Source: an uncultured cyanobacterium (GTDB taxonomy: Bacteria; Cyanobacteriota; Cyanobacteriia; Cyanobacteriales; CAWUOF01). Taken from it: a stretch of DNA of 64,000 bases. Positions 1-13,238 of this stretch are shown one piece after another. The DNA lies in assembly GCA_963744145.1 (NCBI GenBank), contig CAVUSO010000001.1, positions 4,320,001-4,384,000 on the forward strand, given 5' to 3'. The position numbers and the translations under genes were made by a program. Each line of letters starts with the position of its first letter. Position 1 is the first letter of the stretch. The notes under the pieces were generated by a model, which had not been told where the DNA came from, ran no database searches, and saw nothing but the letters and a program-made list of their open reading frames with translations.

Positions 1-1158
<1,158 letters not shown>

Positions 1159-1221
1159 CCCCACCTTACCCAAGTTTTGAAATTACTCAAGGCGGAATGC
1201 TGATCCCTGAGCTAACTGGAA

Positions 1222-2151
1222 ATGCTGCAATTGTCTAAGACTTCTTCCACCAGAAACCTGACCACCCGGTCAGACGCTTACGAACTATGTCGCCAAATCA
1301 CAGCCAAATACGGGAAAACCTTTTATTTAGGCACTCTCTTAATGTCGCCACCAAAGCGTAAGGCTATTTGGGCAATTTATGCTTGGTGTCGTCGCACTGA
1401 TGAATTGGTTGATGGTCCATTAGCAAGTAATACCACTTTAGAAACTCTTGATCGCTGGGAAGAGCGGCTAGAATCTATCTTTGCTGGCAATCCGATCGAT
1501 GATTATGATGTGGCTTTAGTTGATACGGTCAAATCCTTTCCACTGGATATTCAGCCATTCCGAGATATGATTGCTGGTCAAAGAATGGATTTATATCGTA
1601 GTCGTTATCAAACTTTTGAAGATTTAAATCTTTACTGTTATCGTGTGGCTGGTACGGTGGGATTGATGTCTAATGCGGTGATGGGAGTGAATACTTCCCA
1701 CTCGATCGCTCCTTGGCATCATGATCAGTTACCTTATATTCCCAATCAAGAAGCGATCGCTTTAGGAATTGCGGGTCAGTTAACTAACATTTTACGAGAT
1801 GTGGGCGAAGATGCTCATCGGGGTCGAATTTATTTACCCTTAGATGAGTTAGCTGCATTTAATTATACGGAACAGGATTTATTGAATGGAGTTGTCGATC
1901 AGCGCTGGTGTGAATTCATGCGCTTTCAAATTCAACGGGCGCGTCAGTTTTATGCTCAAGCCGAAAAAGGAATTAGCATTTTAAGTCAAGATGCGCGTTG
2001 GCCAGTTTGGTCGGCGCTGATGCTATATAGTCAGATTTTAAATGTGATTGAACAAAACCACTATGATGTATTCCGTCGTCGCGCCTTTGTGCCCAGTTTC
2101 CGCAAGTTAATTTATTTACCCATTGCTTGGCTGAGAGCCCAGGTGCTGTAG
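1222..2151 (+). CDS. crtB: phytoene synthase
   Basis: YAWCRRTDELVD, YCYRVAGTVGLM and QLTNILRDVGED motifs. Confidence 0.96.
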   Translation: MLQLSKTSSTRNLTTRSDAYELCRQITAKYGKTFYLGTLLMSPPKRKAIWAIYAWCRRTDELVDGPLASNTTLETLDRWEERLESIFAGNPIDDYDVALVDTVKSFPLDIQPFRDMIAGQRMDLYRSRYQTFEDLNLYCYRVAGTVGLMSNAVMGVNTSHSIAPWHHDQLPYIPNQEAIALGIAGQLTNILRDVGEDAHRGRIYLPLDELAAFNYTEQDLLNGVVDQRWCEFMRFQIQRARQFYAQAEKGISILSQDARWPVWSALMLYSQILNVIEQNHYDVFRRRAFVPSFRKLIYLPIAWLRAQVL

Positions 2152-2155
2152 GTAG

Positions 2156-2189
2156 AGGTTATAGGTAATCAGGCGATCGCCTATAACCT
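2156..2189. terminator. putative bidirectional terminator hairpin between convergent crtB and rbp
   Basis: AGGTTATAGG...CCTATAACCT inverted repeat right after the crtB stop. Confidence 0.5.
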
Positions 2190-2205
2190 GGAATCAATAA
2201 GATAA

Positions 2206-2706
2206 TTAGGTATTGGTAGCTTGAGCGGCCAACATTTGCTTTAGCTTTGCTAATTCTTGAGCCCAACGGGGATCTGGTTGAATTGCATCGTTATCGGAAT
2301 TAGCTGTGCTGGTAGACCGCTTGGATTTGTTATTGTTCTTGCGGCGATTACTACTAGAATTACCACTACCAGAACTTTTTTCACTATTACCAGTGTGGCT
2401 CGGAGCGCTAACTGTAGTAGGACGAGGAGTCCCTCCTTCCTCCTCGCTTTTACCCTTAGAACGAGGTAACGCTTTTTCAATTTTCAAGGCGCTTTCTTTG
2501 AAGGCATAGCCGTTATACTTTTCAATAATTTGGTCGGCTTGTTCTTCGGTCTTCACGGTGACAAATCCAAACCCCCGACATTTACCGGTTTTGCGATCGG
2601 TGATCACCTTGGTGGAAACGGAATCTCCTTCTTGTGCAAATACCGCAGCTAGCTCTTGACGATCTAGCTCTTTTGGTAAATTACCTACATATAAACGAAT
2701 AGACAT
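2206..2706 (-). CDS. RRM RNA-binding protein (long Rbp3/RbpG-like type)
   Basis: RNP2 LYVGNL, RNP1 RGFGFVT, C-terminal QPDPRWAQELAKLK. Confidence 0.9.
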   Translation of the reverse strand: MSIRLYVGNLPKELDRQELAAVFAQEGDSVSTKVITDRKTGKCRGFGFVTVKTEEQADQIIEKYNGYAFKESALKIEKALPRSKGKSEEEGGTPRPTTVSAPSHTGNSEKSSGSGNSSSNRRKNNNKSKRSTSTANSDNDAIQPDPRWAQELAKLKQMLAAQATNT

Positions 2707-3426
2707 GGAAGAACCTCCAGACTTTAATGGAAATTAACAGACTCTTCAACTTTCACAGCTAGCTTGGCTGGAAATAGATGGATTGACAGACGGATCTAGA
2801 GTCAGCCAGCTCGAATTAGCTACCGACCGAATTAGAAAACATCTTTTATCGTTTAAAAAAAGCTTCTTCACCTTCACCTAACATTTTGGACTCGACCGAC
2901 AGAAATTTTAGCTATATGGCTGTGTTACATAAGCTTTCGATCATCACTAGGTAATCCAAGTCCAATCTGCAAGTTGGTACTGCTTTGCCAGGATGTTTAG
3001 AGAAACCGTTGTCAAACTCACCATTTTAAACGAAGTTGGGAAAATAATAAAGGCTGTAAACGACCCAATCGTCCAGCTATTTTGGCAGTGCTAATTTAAA
3101 GCTCTTCAATAAGGTATCATAGCCTGGTATATAGAGCTAGTTAAAATTTTTTATTTACACTTTTTTCCCATTTTTTTCTTCTACTTCCTGGCAAGTTTTG
3201 CACAGTTTTCTCAACTTTCTCATAACTGATAAAAACCAGCCGATGGTAGCGGCTGGCTGAACTGGCTGTGTTGGGAGAAATAAAACCTGATCCTGTCACT
3301 GTTGAACTAGATATCGTTGCCAATGGCTGCTTGATACTTGTTCTCGTTGGATCTGATCTCTGTAAAGAAATGTAACACAAGAAGTTTGATAGTGCAATAT
3401 TTTTTTACAACTGTTTCAATTTCTGC

Positions 3427-5880
3427 TCATGTGAGTCCACCTCGACAGATCAGGTAAGCTCCTCCTAATCCCGTGCCGATCGCGATTAAGGTTGACCAAA
3501 ATTGTTGTCCACCTAGATAATTTTTGCCTGTGGTGGTTTTCAAGGTTTCTAGATCAACCCAAGGACTGACCCCGCGACGCCACCAACCAGTTACGGTGAC
3601 TGATTGACCCACTACCTGACTAGGACGGTTTTTGGCGGACCATAAGTTCCCGATCGGACCAAAATTAGTGAGCCAATGTAATTTTACTAATCCTGTAGGA
3701 GTTGCTAAAATTAAGTCTTGTCCTAACCAGTTACTAATTCCTGTACGCCCCAATAATTTTCCGGACAAGCGCAAGGGTTGACTATTGATGGGTAGGGCTG
3801 TGGTACTGCTGAGTAAATCTGGTATACTTGGATCAGTTATCAAATTAGCTGGTTTGAGATCTGGAAAAAAAGAATTAATTCTGAGGATCGTGCCAAAGCT
3901 AAAACCAACTAGCATAAATCCTGCTACCAACCACGAACTATCCAGAAACAGCCAATTTAACAACCGAAATCTGAATAGCATACTAAGCCAACCGACCAGC
4001 CACACTAAACCGCCAAAAGCTAAACCCAAGCATAACCCAAAAAACGGTGCCCCTTGTGATTGTAAGGGTTGAGGTAATTGGGATAAATTCGCTGACGATC
4101 GCGGTTTTTTCGGGGATGAGGTTTTAGTTTTCCCCTGAATTTGCGGCTTTTCTCCTGTCAGTGCCGGTAATTTGTCGGTCGAGGAATCAAAATTTAGTTC
4201 TGTACCTAGTTTCCAATATTTAGCATAACTTCCTAATAATTGCAAGCGATCGCCCAAGGGGGGATGGGAGTGATTGACAGCTAACCAGCGTTGATAATTA
4301 CTAAAACAATCCCAGGCTAAAACTGTTTCCCAGGGAGTCAAGTTATGTAGACTACCAATGGTTATAGCTTGTTGATTACCAACAGGTGTTACTAGATCAA
4401 ACCCTTCTAGTAACCAGCTAGTTTTCCCTTGGGTTTGGATCTCATTCGCAATTCCGATACAAATTTTTAATAAAGCACGGGTCATTCCATTCGGATTTCC
4501 TGTTGCGTCACTAGCAATGCGATCGCTCCAATAGATCCGCGCTCGGGATATCCATAACATCGGCATTCGTACTAACCAATATATCCCATAACTAACGGCT
4601 GATGTGAATCCGAATAGTGGTTGGAGTAGGGGATGAAGTTGATTTCCCCATTCTGCTAGTTGCCAATAAATAGTATAAGGAATTTGGAGCATTACCAATC
4701 CCATCGACATCAGGAAAAAATCCCAATTGAGAATGTGACCTAATTCTCCAGCATAAATTGCGGCAATTTCGTCATCTTGGAGTTGTGTCAACAATCCCTG
4801 ACTGATGACAATTCTTGCAGTAGTTGGTAAATTTCCATAACTAAAAGCAATTGGTGCTGTAGTTGGTAATATTCCTAAAGTGGGAATAGGAAGTTGGCGT
4901 TGACGACAAAAATCTGGCAATAATTTCGCTGTTTCCGGACTATGAATTTTTAAAGTAGTTAAAGATAAGGGTTGCCAACCATAAAATAGTTTTAGAATTA
5001 GATCGATTAACCAAGGAGAAATTGCTGCGGATAGACCCATGAGGGTGATCACGATCCAGGTTGGTTGATAATAAAGATAATAAAAAAACTGAATTGGTTG
5101 AAAATGGGGAATTTTAGTTAAAATTATATTGATGGTGATCGCTGTAAATTGGATCAGTAGGGTGATCGTTTCATACAGCGCGATCGCACTAAAGACTTGA
5201 ATCCACCATAAACGAGTCAGTTTGACTTTAGTTAATGATGGCCATTTTTTCGCCCGACCTTGATTTTGCCAGACTGGTAGAGTGGGATTGGACTGTTTCG
5301 ATTTGGGGATCTGACTGGAAAAGTCTAGATGAGGTGGAGCAACATTCTTTTTTGCTGCACTGGGGAAAGTATTAGGAGAATGAGGATGGGAATTATTCGT
5401 TGGGGAAAGATTATTTAAAGGTACAAATCCAGTGGAATTGACTGGAGGAGAATTAGGTGTAACTGGATTTGGTTGATTTTTAGGGGATTGATTTTCTAAG
5501 GGTACAAAACCAGTAACCGAGGGAAGCGGATCAACCGAGTCGGGAATAGATGGGGAGATCGAACCCGAAGGTGGAGATGATCCTTGACTCAAGAGGACGA
5601 GGTGACGAGCAGCCCAACTGCGGATTTGTCGGTTGGGATTTTTACTCAATTTTTGACAAATCTCCATCGCTTTGTCAATTTGCTCAGTCTGATGATAAGC
5701 GATCGCTAAACCAATTTGGGCTCGTAAGCGTAAGGATGGGTCTAATTCTAGTTGGTAGACGCGATCGAACTCAGTGATTGCTTTGTGATAATCTTGTTGC
5801 TGCAAAGCTACCAACCCAGCAGTGAGGTTTGGATTTTGATCAGCATCACCGTTTGTTAAAAAATTGGGAAGAGAATCCAT
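3427..5880 (-). CDS. membrane M48/HtpX-like metalloprotease-family protein with N-terminal TPR-like region
   Basis: HtpX-like segments (ARIVISQGLL, degenerate GELGH, SHPPLGDRL) and several TM helices. Confidence 0.75.
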   Translation of the reverse strand: MDSLPNFLTNGDADQNPNLTAGLVALQQQDYHKAITEFDRVYQLELDPSLRLRAQIGLAIAYHQTEQIDKAMEICQKLSKNPNRQIRSWAARHLVLLSQGSSPPSGSISPSIPDSVDPLPSVTGFVPLENQSPKNQPNPVTPNSPPVNSTGFVPLNNLSPTNNSHPHSPNTFPSAAKKNVAPPHLDFSSQIPKSKQSNPTLPVWQNQGRAKKWPSLTKVKLTRLWWIQVFSAIALYETITLLIQFTAITINIILTKIPHFQPIQFFYYLYYQPTWIVITLMGLSAAISPWLIDLILKLFYGWQPLSLTTLKIHSPETAKLLPDFCRQRQLPIPTLGILPTTAPIAFSYGNLPTTARIVISQGLLTQLQDDEIAAIYAGELGHILNWDFFLMSMGLVMLQIPYTIYWQLAEWGNQLHPLLQPLFGFTSAVSYGIYWLVRMPMLWISRARIYWSDRIASDATGNPNGMTRALLKICIGIANEIQTQGKTSWLLEGFDLVTPVGNQQAITIGSLHNLTPWETVLAWDCFSNYQRWLAVNHSHPPLGDRLQLLGSYAKYWKLGTELNFDSSTDKLPALTGEKPQIQGKTKTSSPKKPRSSANLSQLPQPLQSQGAPFFGLCLGLAFGGLVWLVGWLSMLFRFRLLNWLFLDSSWLVAGFMLVGFSFGTILRINSFFPDLKPANLITDPSIPDLLSSTTALPINSQPLRLSGKLLGRTGISNWLGQDLILATPTGLVKLHWLTNFGPIGNLWSAKNRPSQVVGQSVTVTGWWRRGVSPWVDLETLKTTTGKNYLGGQQFWSTLIAIGTGLGGAYLICRGGLT

Positions 5881-5966
5881 AGCTTTTTATCCCCTCGGTT
5901 ATTACCGTAGCCTCACTCTAGATGATTTATCTAATCTCTCAACTAGGCATAATTAAAATTTATTAA

Positions 5967-7598
5967 CTACAAAACTGCTAAGGGTTGGGAACCAGAAACC
6001 ACTGGTGCGGTTGAATTTAATTCTAATTCGGGATGATCTGCTTGTAATTGTTGTAAATTCCATTCATTTTTAAACAATAGCACTGGTCGCTCCCAACTAT
6101 CTTTAACTGTCACTGTATTAAACAAGCGACCGACTTTGGTTAAAGCTTCCCAACCACCTGTCACCCAACGGGCAACGGAGTAAGGTAACATTTCGATATT
6201 AGTTTCGACCCCATACTCATTTTGGAGACGAAACTGGACTACTTCAAATTGTAGCTGACCAACTGCGGCTAGGATCGGATCACGTTTAGCTTCATCAGCA
6301 GAATACATGATTTGGACTGCACCTTCTTCACGCAATTCGGATACACCTTTGCGAAATTGTTTGAATTTAGAAGGATTAGGATTACGGAGATAGGCAAAAA
6401 TTTCTGGAGAAAAACAGGGTATCCCTTCGTATTCTAATCTTTGTCCATTATATATAGTATCACCAATGGCAAATACGCCAGGATTGTTTAAACCAATCAC
6501 ATCTCCTGGATATGCTTCTTCAATTGATTCTCGATCTTGAGCAAATAGTTTTTGGGGACGGGAAAGACGGACAATTTTGCCAGTTCGAGCATGATTAACG
6601 GTCATATCTTTAGCAAATTTACCACTACAAACCCGGACAAAGGCAATGCGATCGCGGTGTTTCGGGTCCATATTGGCTTGTAATTTAAACACAAAACCGC
6701 TAAATTCGGGATAGGTAGGGGGAATTTCTCCCGCATTACTGTGACGAGAGCCAGGTTTAAGGGCATATTCTAAAAAAGAATCAAGAAATAGCTGGACTCC
6801 AAAATTAGTCATCGCACTTCCGAAGAAAACTGGGGTCATTTTCCCAGCATGGATTTGTGCTAGATCGAGTTCTTCCCCTAATTCTGCCAAAACTTCTAAT
6901 TCTTCGGTAAGTTGATCATAAAGGTCTGATGGTAAGAGAGTTTTTACTCTTGGGTCATCTAAATCCATGACCGTATCAACAGCTTCTTTACTACCATGAG
7001 CACTGCGTTCAAACAGGTGAATTTGGTTAGTAGCTCGATCTAAGACACCTTTAAAGCGATCGCCCATGCCAATGGGCCAATTGACCGCATAAGTAGCCAG
7101 ACCTAATTCTTTTTCAATTTCATCTAACAATTCTAACGGTTCGCGGGCGGGTCGATCTAATTTATTAATAAAAGTAAAGATCGGAATCTGACGCATCCGA
7201 CAAACTTCAAAGAGCTTACGGGTTTGAGGTTCTAAACCTTTGGCGGCATCTTCTAACATTACCGCATTATCAGCGGCAGCTAAAGTGCGATAAGTATCTT
7301 CACTAAAATCTTGGTGTCCAGGGGTATCGAGGAGATTAATCTGACAGTCGCGATAGGCAAACTGTAATACAGTAGAAGTAATCGAAATTCCTCGTTGTTG
7401 CTCCATTGCCATCCAATCCGAGGTAGCATGACGCTGGGCTCTTCTGGCTTTGACCGCACCAGCTTCATGAATCGCTCCACCATAAAGCAGGAGTTTTTCA
7501 GTTAAAGTAGTTTTCCCTGCGTCCGGATGGGAGATAATGGCAAAATTCCGCCGACGCTCGACTGCTGTTTGTAATTCGGTTTCAATTTCTGTAGTCAT
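5967..7598 (-). CDS. prfC: peptide chain release factor 3
   Basis: [48 protein letters not shown]. Confidence 0.97.
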   Translation of the reverse strand: MTTEIETELQTAVERRRNFAIISHPDAGKTTLTEKLLLYGGAIHEAGAVKARRAQRHATSDWMAMEQQRGISITSTVLQFAYRDCQINLLDTPGHQDFSEDTYRTLAAADNAVMLEDAAKGLEPQTRKLFEVCRMRQIPIFTFINKLDRPAREPLELLDEIEKELGLATYAVNWPIGMGDRFKGVLDRATNQIHLFERSAHGSKEAVDTVMDLDDPRVKTLLPSDLYDQLTEELEVLAELGEELDLAQIHAGKMTPVFFGSAMTNFGVQLFLDSFLEYALKPGSRHSNAGEIPPTYPEFSGFVFKLQANMDPKHRDRIAFVRVCSGKFAKDMTVNHARTGKIVRLSRPQKLFAQDRESIEEAYPGDVIGLNNPGVFAIGDTIYNGQRLEYEGIPCFSPEIFAYLRNPNPSKFKQFRKGVSELREEGAVQIMYSADEAKRDPILAAVGQLQFEVVQFRLQNEYGVETNIEMLPYSVARWVTGGWEALTKVGRLFNTVTVKDSWERPVLLFKNEWNLQQLQADHPELELNSTAPVVSGSQPLAVL

Positions 7599-7957
7599 AA
7601 AAAATCGGTAAATAGGAGTAGCTTTAATTAACAATGGCTGATTTGGTAATTACTTGATTGATTCAACTTTACCAACAGATGTGGCATCGTTCTAGTAATC
7701 GTTTGAGGTAGAAATTATCACAATGTATAAATCTATCATTAATATAATGACCAAACTTGCCAGTCAAGTAGGTCGGTCGGTAGCGGGTCGGATACTAGCT
7801 AGTTATGGAAAACTATCTTAACATACCTTTGCAAAAGTCAAAAGTATTTGTTTGTAGTAAGGGCTGTCTTCTCTCGATAATTTAGCATGATTGGGACTCA
7901 CATTCCCTACTACAAACGATATTTTTGCAAGAAGTCCACTATTTATTAGTGTTTTTA

Positions 7958-10099
7958 ATGATGGTTACCTCAAAAAAAACTACGGTTCCTAAACTGTTTA
8001 AATTCCGACTTCGTGTTGCCATTGTGGTTCCTTTTGTTTTACAAATTGCGGCGACAGTGGGTTTAGTTAGTTATATCTCTTTCCGTAGTAGTCAAAAAGC
8101 TGTGAACGATCTAGCCATCCAATTGCGGAATGAGATCACAGCTCGGATTGATGGAGAATTGAGGAAATATCTTGAGAGTTCTCACAATTTTAATCGGCTC
8201 AATGCGGCGACATTTGCTCAAGGTAAGTTTGATCTCAAGAATGCTAGCAATGCCAAACAATTTCTTACTCAAATTGAAATTTCTCCTTTTATTTATTCAT
8301 CTTACTGTGGTGATTCCCAAGGACAATCTTTGGGTGCTTATCGCTTCATTGATCATGGTTCCTCAACCATTGCTATGTCTGTAAGTAATAAGGAAACTAA
8401 TTACAACTTTTTCTTTTATGCCATGGATAAACAGGGAAATAAACAACAAATTTTGGCTAAACTCAAACCCTATGATCCCCGTCAACGCCCCTGGTATATT
8501 TCTGCTGTCACTGCTAAACGAGCAATTTGGAGTGAAGTATATTTAGATTTCGCTAGTGGTCTCCCCACGATTACAGCGAGTGAACCAATATATGATGAAT
8601 CAGGGCAAAATGTTTTGGGAGTTTGTGCGACTGATGTAGTGTTGTTGAGCGATTTAAGGAAGTTTTTGGCAAACCTTTCGATTGGGAAGACAGGACGAGC
8701 TTTTATTATTGATCGGACAGGTGCTATGCTCTCGAGTTCAACGGACGAACCACTAACAGTGGGTGAGGGGGAAAATACTAAGCTGGTTCTTGCTGCAGAA
8801 AGCATTGAACCTTCCGTGCGTGAAACTGCTCGATATTTGCAAAAACACTTTGGCAGTTTTGATCGAATTGAACAATTGCAACAATTGGATTATCAGTTAC
8901 AGGGTGAACGACAGTATGTCCAAGTTTTACCGTTGAATGATGGGAAAGGGATCGATTGGTTGATTGTGGTGGTAGTACCGGAAACTGATTTTATGGCACA
9001 AATTAATGCCAATACTCGCAACACAATTTGGCTAACTTTGGCAGCTTTGGGATTGGCGATCGCGATTGGTATTTTCACCGCTCGTTTGATTACCCATTCT
9101 GTGTTCAGATTAATTCAAGCATCTCAAGAGATTGCTAAAGGTAATTTAGAGCGACAAGTATCCACGGTTAATGTAATCGAAATTGAAGAAATTGATACAT
9201 TAGAAAATTCATTCAACACCATGGCAGCACAACTTAAGGAATCCTTTGACAAACTTACTTCTGTAATTTTTCAGGCTGAACAAGTTGGGAATCAAATCAG
9301 TTTATCGACCAATCAAATTGTAACTGCTAATCAGCAAATAGAAGCTACTGCGATCCAGCAAGCTACTTCAACCAATGAAGTCAGAGCTACAGCTCATCAA
9401 ATTGCCTCTACCTCCGGACAATTAGTCAACAAGATGGAAAATATTGTTGAACAAGCTACCACCACAGAACTGTCAGCTAGTCAGGGTCAAAAAGGTCTAT
9501 TGGAAATAGCTCAGGTAATGGAACAGTTAGTAAGGTCTACTAATTTGATTGCTTCTCAGTTGGGAATGATGAATGAAAAAGCAAATAGCATCAGTAGTGT
9601 GGTACTCACCATTGCCAAAGTAGCAGACCAGACTAATTTAATTTCTCTTAATGCTACGATTGAAGCAGAAAAAGCTGGAGAAGCTGGGGTCGGTTTTGTG
9701 GTGGTAGCTAGAGAAGTGCAGCGATTAGCTGATCGTTCGGCTGCGGCTTCTCGTGAAATTGAGGATATTGTTAAGGATTTGCAATCTTCTGTGGCTCAGG
9801 GGGTGAACGAAATGGATAAGTTCAGTCAACAAGTGAGCTACTATGGGTTACAGGTAGGTCGCATTAGTGGGCAGATTGCCCAGGTGATTCAGCAAGTCCA
9901 GAGTCTGACACCCCAATTTCAACAGATTAGTTATAGTATGGAAGGGCAATTTGCAGGGGCTCAGCAAATTAGTTTCGCGATCGCTCAATTAAGTGAAGCT
10001 TCTCAACAAACTGTGCTATCTTTACAAGAAACTAATCAGGCTCTGAAGGAATTAAATGATACCGCACAAGAGCTGCAAAATCTGGTTAAATCCAGTTAG
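7958..10099 (+). CDS. methyl-accepting chemotaxis protein (dCache-HAMP-MA)
   Basis: Two TMs around a Cache domain (YDPRQRPWY), HAMP, signalling motif [25 protein letters not shown]. Start codon uncertain. Confidence 0.92.
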   Translation: MMVTSKKTTVPKLFKFRLRVAIVVPFVLQIAATVGLVSYISFRSSQKAVNDLAIQLRNEITARIDGELRKYLESSHNFNRLNAATFAQGKFDLKNASNAKQFLTQIEISPFIYSSYCGDSQGQSLGAYRFIDHGSSTIAMSVSNKETNYNFFFYAMDKQGNKQQILAKLKPYDPRQRPWYISAVTAKRAIWSEVYLDFASGLPTITASEPIYDESGQNVLGVCATDVVLLSDLRKFLANLSIGKTGRAFIIDRTGAMLSSSTDEPLTVGEGENTKLVLAAESIEPSVRETARYLQKHFGSFDRIEQLQQLDYQLQGERQYVQVLPLNDGKGIDWLIVVVVPETDFMAQINANTRNTIWLTLAALGLAIAIGIFTARLITHSVFRLIQASQEIAKGNLERQVSTVNVIEIEEIDTLENSFNTMAAQLKESFDKLTSVIFQAEQVGNQISLSTNQIVTANQQIEATAIQQATSTNEVRATAHQIASTSGQLVNKMENIVEQATTTELSASQGQKGLLEIAQVMEQLVRSTNLIASQLGMMNEKANSISSVVLTIAKVADQTNLISLNATIEAEKAGEAGVGFVVVAREVQRLADRSAAASREIEDIVKDLQSSVAQGVNEMDKFSQQVSYYGLQVGRISGQIAQVIQQVQSLTPQFQQISYSMEGQFAGAQQISFAIAQLSEASQQTVLSLQETNQALKELNDTAQELQNLVKSS

Positions 10100-10185
10100 T
10101 AAGTCAAAGCTTTTGTGGCATGGCAATCTTTAGTTTAACCCTACTTCAATTCTCTAACTTACCACTTGTCAACATCTAATAATTC

Positions 10186-10497
10186 TCAGATTAGACGGTG
10201 GTATTTAAAGATGGTGGCACGATGACCGACGCTGATAAAAGTTCTGTGGGTTTCTAACAGATGCTGATCGAGATTTTCCTCATTTTTAACATCCAAAGCG
10301 CTAGGAGCTTCATCTAAAATTACATACTTGGGTTGAGAAATTAAGAGACGAGCAAAAGCAATGCGCTGTTGTTCTCCTAAGGAAAGCACATCACTCCCAT
10401 CTTTTTCCACATCAAAACTACCGCATCTTTCAACTAAATTGGGGAGGTTGACCTTTGGCAATACTTGCTCTAGTTCTTGGTCGCTGATAGGTTTCAT
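10186..10497 (-). pseudogene. C-terminal fragment of YddA/ABCD-type ABC transporter ATPase
   Basis: LSLGEQQR signature, ILDEA Walker B, ISVGHR H-loop; no Walker A or TM domain. Confidence 0.8.
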
Positions 10498-10505
10498 TAT
10501 CGATA

Positions 10506-11429
10506 CTAAGAGAATAGTTCTGCGGAATGTTTGTTATCTATTATTCTCCTTAAAGATAGCCGGCTTAGAAATATTCGGATTTTTATCAAAAAGTAGAAAA
10601 TAAAACTTAATAAATGATGCAATTGCCCGCGTTTAGAAAGCCCTAAAATAGGGACTAGAAAGTTGAAGATATAATAAATATGTTTTCTTTCATAGAGCGG
10701 ATACATTTTGCTAATATAAGTATTAGTTTCTTTACTTTTAATATACTTTTCTTGTTTCAGGTAAGAACCTACGCAAAATGAAGCATAAATAATTTGGTCA
10801 TCTTCTAATTCAAAAACTCGTTTGACTAAAACTAGCAGTTTGTTAAAAATGTTAATTTTCTCCGTTTTTTGACATTCTTGCAAAAATCTATAAAACATTC
10901 CATAATGACGGGCTTCGTCCTTCGACAAGCGATCACAAATATCACGTAAAAGAGGTTCTGGTGTGCGATCGCGAATCGCTGCATAGTAAGCACTTGCTAA
11001 TGCTTCAATAACACAACGAGCAATTAATTCATTGGCAATAGAACCTCGAACAGAAACTCCAGTTTCTGAATGATATTGAACAGTTTCTATATACTTTTTG
11101 TATAACTCTTCAAAATTGAAATCAGGATCTACTAGCTGACTCCATTTTTGCAGAGCTTGTCCATGTTGTCTTTCTTCTAAATTCCAAATATGAATCAATC
11201 TATGCCAATCGCTTTTACTATAAAATACTGAAATTAAGTAGGAAGAGTAAAGGTCTGCACGGGACTCAATTAAACAAGTTGCTTTAATTATATCAACTAA
11301 GTCACTAGAAACTTGCTCGCTATTAAAAAGGCTTAAATTAAGCTCTTGAATATCCCACTTTTTTAAAGAATCTAAGTTAGCATTTTCCCATATACACTCT
11401 TTAAATTCTTGCATACTTTTTTTCACCAA
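10506..11429 (-). CDS. ferritin-like diiron protein (acyl-ACP desaturase/rubrerythrin-like superfamily)
   Basis: Two carboxylate/His motifs, EERQH and DEARH, each preceded by a single Glu (CLIE, CVIE); AT-rich. Confidence 0.75.
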   Translation of the reverse strand: MVKKSMQEFKECIWENANLDSLKKWDIQELNLSLFNSEQVSSDLVDIIKATCLIESRADLYSSYLISVFYSKSDWHRLIHIWNLEERQHGQALQKWSQLVDPDFNFEELYKKYIETVQYHSETGVSVRGSIANELIARCVIEALASAYYAAIRDRTPEPLLRDICDRLSKDEARHYGMFYRFLQECQKTEKINIFNKLLVLVKRVFELEDDQIIYASFCVGSYLKQEKYIKSKETNTYISKMYPLYERKHIYYIFNFLVPILGLSKRGQLHHLLSFIFYFLIKIRIFLSRLSLRRIIDNKHSAELFS

Positions 11430-11989
11430 AATAAATAACTGGACAGTGCGAAGTTCTGGAAAGCGTAGGCTAGATTACCATCATTAGGCAAGCGATGCAA
11501 GAATTTGTTATAGCTCACAGCAAAAGTTTTGAATTTTTTCAAACCTTCATAAGAAAATAATACTGGACAATGAGGGCGATCGCAATTCTCAGTAAATTAA
11601 GCTCTGCTGCTACTGAGCGCAATCGCTTTTAGTTTGATTGTGGGGTTTAGTGCGATCGCTATTAGGTTACTACTGGGACAGATTGAAAGCGATAAGTATT
11701 TTGTATTGCCGCCCTCTATTATAGTGAGGATAAAACTACTTAAACGCTTTCTTACTAATCTTTTCAGCGTTTTAGCAACATTGTGGACTGATGAGTAATA
11801 AATGTTTACAATTAATTCTAAAAATTAGTTGACAAAACCTAATAGATGTTTTAGGATGATAATGGTAGCTGTTTAAGCTAAACGCAAGCACAAGCTTGGG
11901 TTTACATCGCATAAACACTATACCAGTACCTTGATAATTCTATAGTTATTCGGCTGCCCTAAGAATAGGTAGTACCACCTAGTCTGCTT

Positions 11990-12478
11990 ATGCAGTATAA
12001 AGCTTTTGGAAAGTTAGGTTTTAATTGTTTCGTTTCCATAATCTTTATACTGCATGACCAGGTTATGTGTTGCTACATATTCTTATGCCAGTTTAATAAC
12101 CATATTTTATATATTCTAATTAGTATTACTAGTTTAATTCTACTATTTTTTCCTGGAATTTATGTAGTAAATCGTTTAATATTTATAAATTACATAATTG
12201 CAATTGAGAACTGTTCAGCAGCTACAGAAGGATTGAGTCGCAGTTGGGAATTAACAAAAGGACATTGGTGGTTAATATGGCGCTCTAGTTTACTGTTGTC
12301 TCCTATATTTTTTATAGGAGGTATTTTAATCGGATTGAATCCGAAATCAATACAACCAATACTGTTTCAGGTAATAATGTTTTTGGGTGTACCTTTAATA
12401 AAGGTTAATTTTGTAATTTTGTATATGCGTCTAGCTAACCGAGATAAAAATACAAACTTTTGCACAGGGAGACCCTAA
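11990..12478 (+). CDS. membrane protein, possibly 5'-degenerate (GDPD-membrane/DUF975-like)
   Basis: EGLSRSWELTKGHWW motif between hydrophobic helices; N-terminus looks poorly coding. Confidence 0.5.
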   Translation: MQYKAFGKLGFNCFVSIIFILHDQVMCCYIFLCQFNNHILYILISITSLILLFFPGIYVVNRLIFINYIIAIENCSAATEGLSRSWELTKGHWWLIWRSSLLLSPIFFIGGILIGLNPKSIQPILFQVIMFLGVPLIKVNFVILYMRLANRDKNTNFCTGRP

Positions 12479-12560
12479 TTAAAGATAAAATAATCGGCAA
12501 ATTAGCGTGGATTTAATACGACTGTTACTTTGTTCTCTAAAAAACTAATGGAAAAAGACT

Positions 12561-13238
12561 ATGAATCGTCGTGAATTTTTAGGTTGGACAAGTGTTGGTG
12601 CAGTAGCGATTTCTTTACCACAAGCTTACAACGCTTGTCTCGCCGACTCCCAAAACTCTTTGGTATTTAATTTGGGCACTAGCGTTCTGCATCGTGGAGA
12701 TTACTTTCCTATTCCACAATTGGATCTTCATGCTACTAGCTTCACTATTGCTACTAAAGTTAACCTTGACTCTACAGAAAATCGGAATATTATTCTAGGT
12801 AACTGGAGCAGCAACCAAAATGCTTGGCAATTACTCTTTGCAATCAATGCTGGTGGTCTTCCTGCGATCAATCTCCGCAAAGATTTACCAACTGACGGGT
12901 CAGATCCAACTCAGGATTTAGTCGCATTAGTAGGAACAACCACAGTAACGGCTGGTGAATGGCATCATGTAGCAGTTACCTTTAGCTGGGGTGCAGATAA
13001 TACTACCCCAATAGCTACCCTTTATGTTGATGGAAAAGAAGCAGGCAGTGTTTCACCTAAAATATCTCCTGACTCACGAGTACATAATCCCTACACTCTT
13101 AAACCTAGTCCTAATGCTTATCTGATTGGTCATAAGGAAGATGGCACTGGGGATGATGACTGGTTTGCTGGACAGTTAGCTAATTTTCGCATCTATACTG
13201 TTGCTTTGACTGGTGCGGAAATCTCTACTTTGCTCTAA
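12561..13238 (+). CDS. Tat-exported LamG/concanavalin-like domain protein
   Basis: MNRREFL Tat motif; GEWHHVAVTF, LYVDGK, FAGQLANFRIYTVALT. Confidence 0.85.
   Translation: MNRREFLGWTSVGAVAISLPQAYNACLADSQNSLVFNLGTSVLHRGDYFPIPQLDLHATSFTIATKVNLDSTENRNIILGNWSSNQNAWQLLFAINAGGLPAINLRKDLPTDGSDPTQDLVALVGTTTVTAGEWHHVAVTFSWGADNTTPIATLYVDGKEAGSVSPKISPDSRVHNPYTLKPSPNAYLIGHKEDGTGDDDWFAGQLANFRIYTVALTGAEISTLL

Noticed and set aside
11786..11825. CTGATGAG hammerhead-like core
   Set aside because: No stem II or GAAA element follows at the expected distance.
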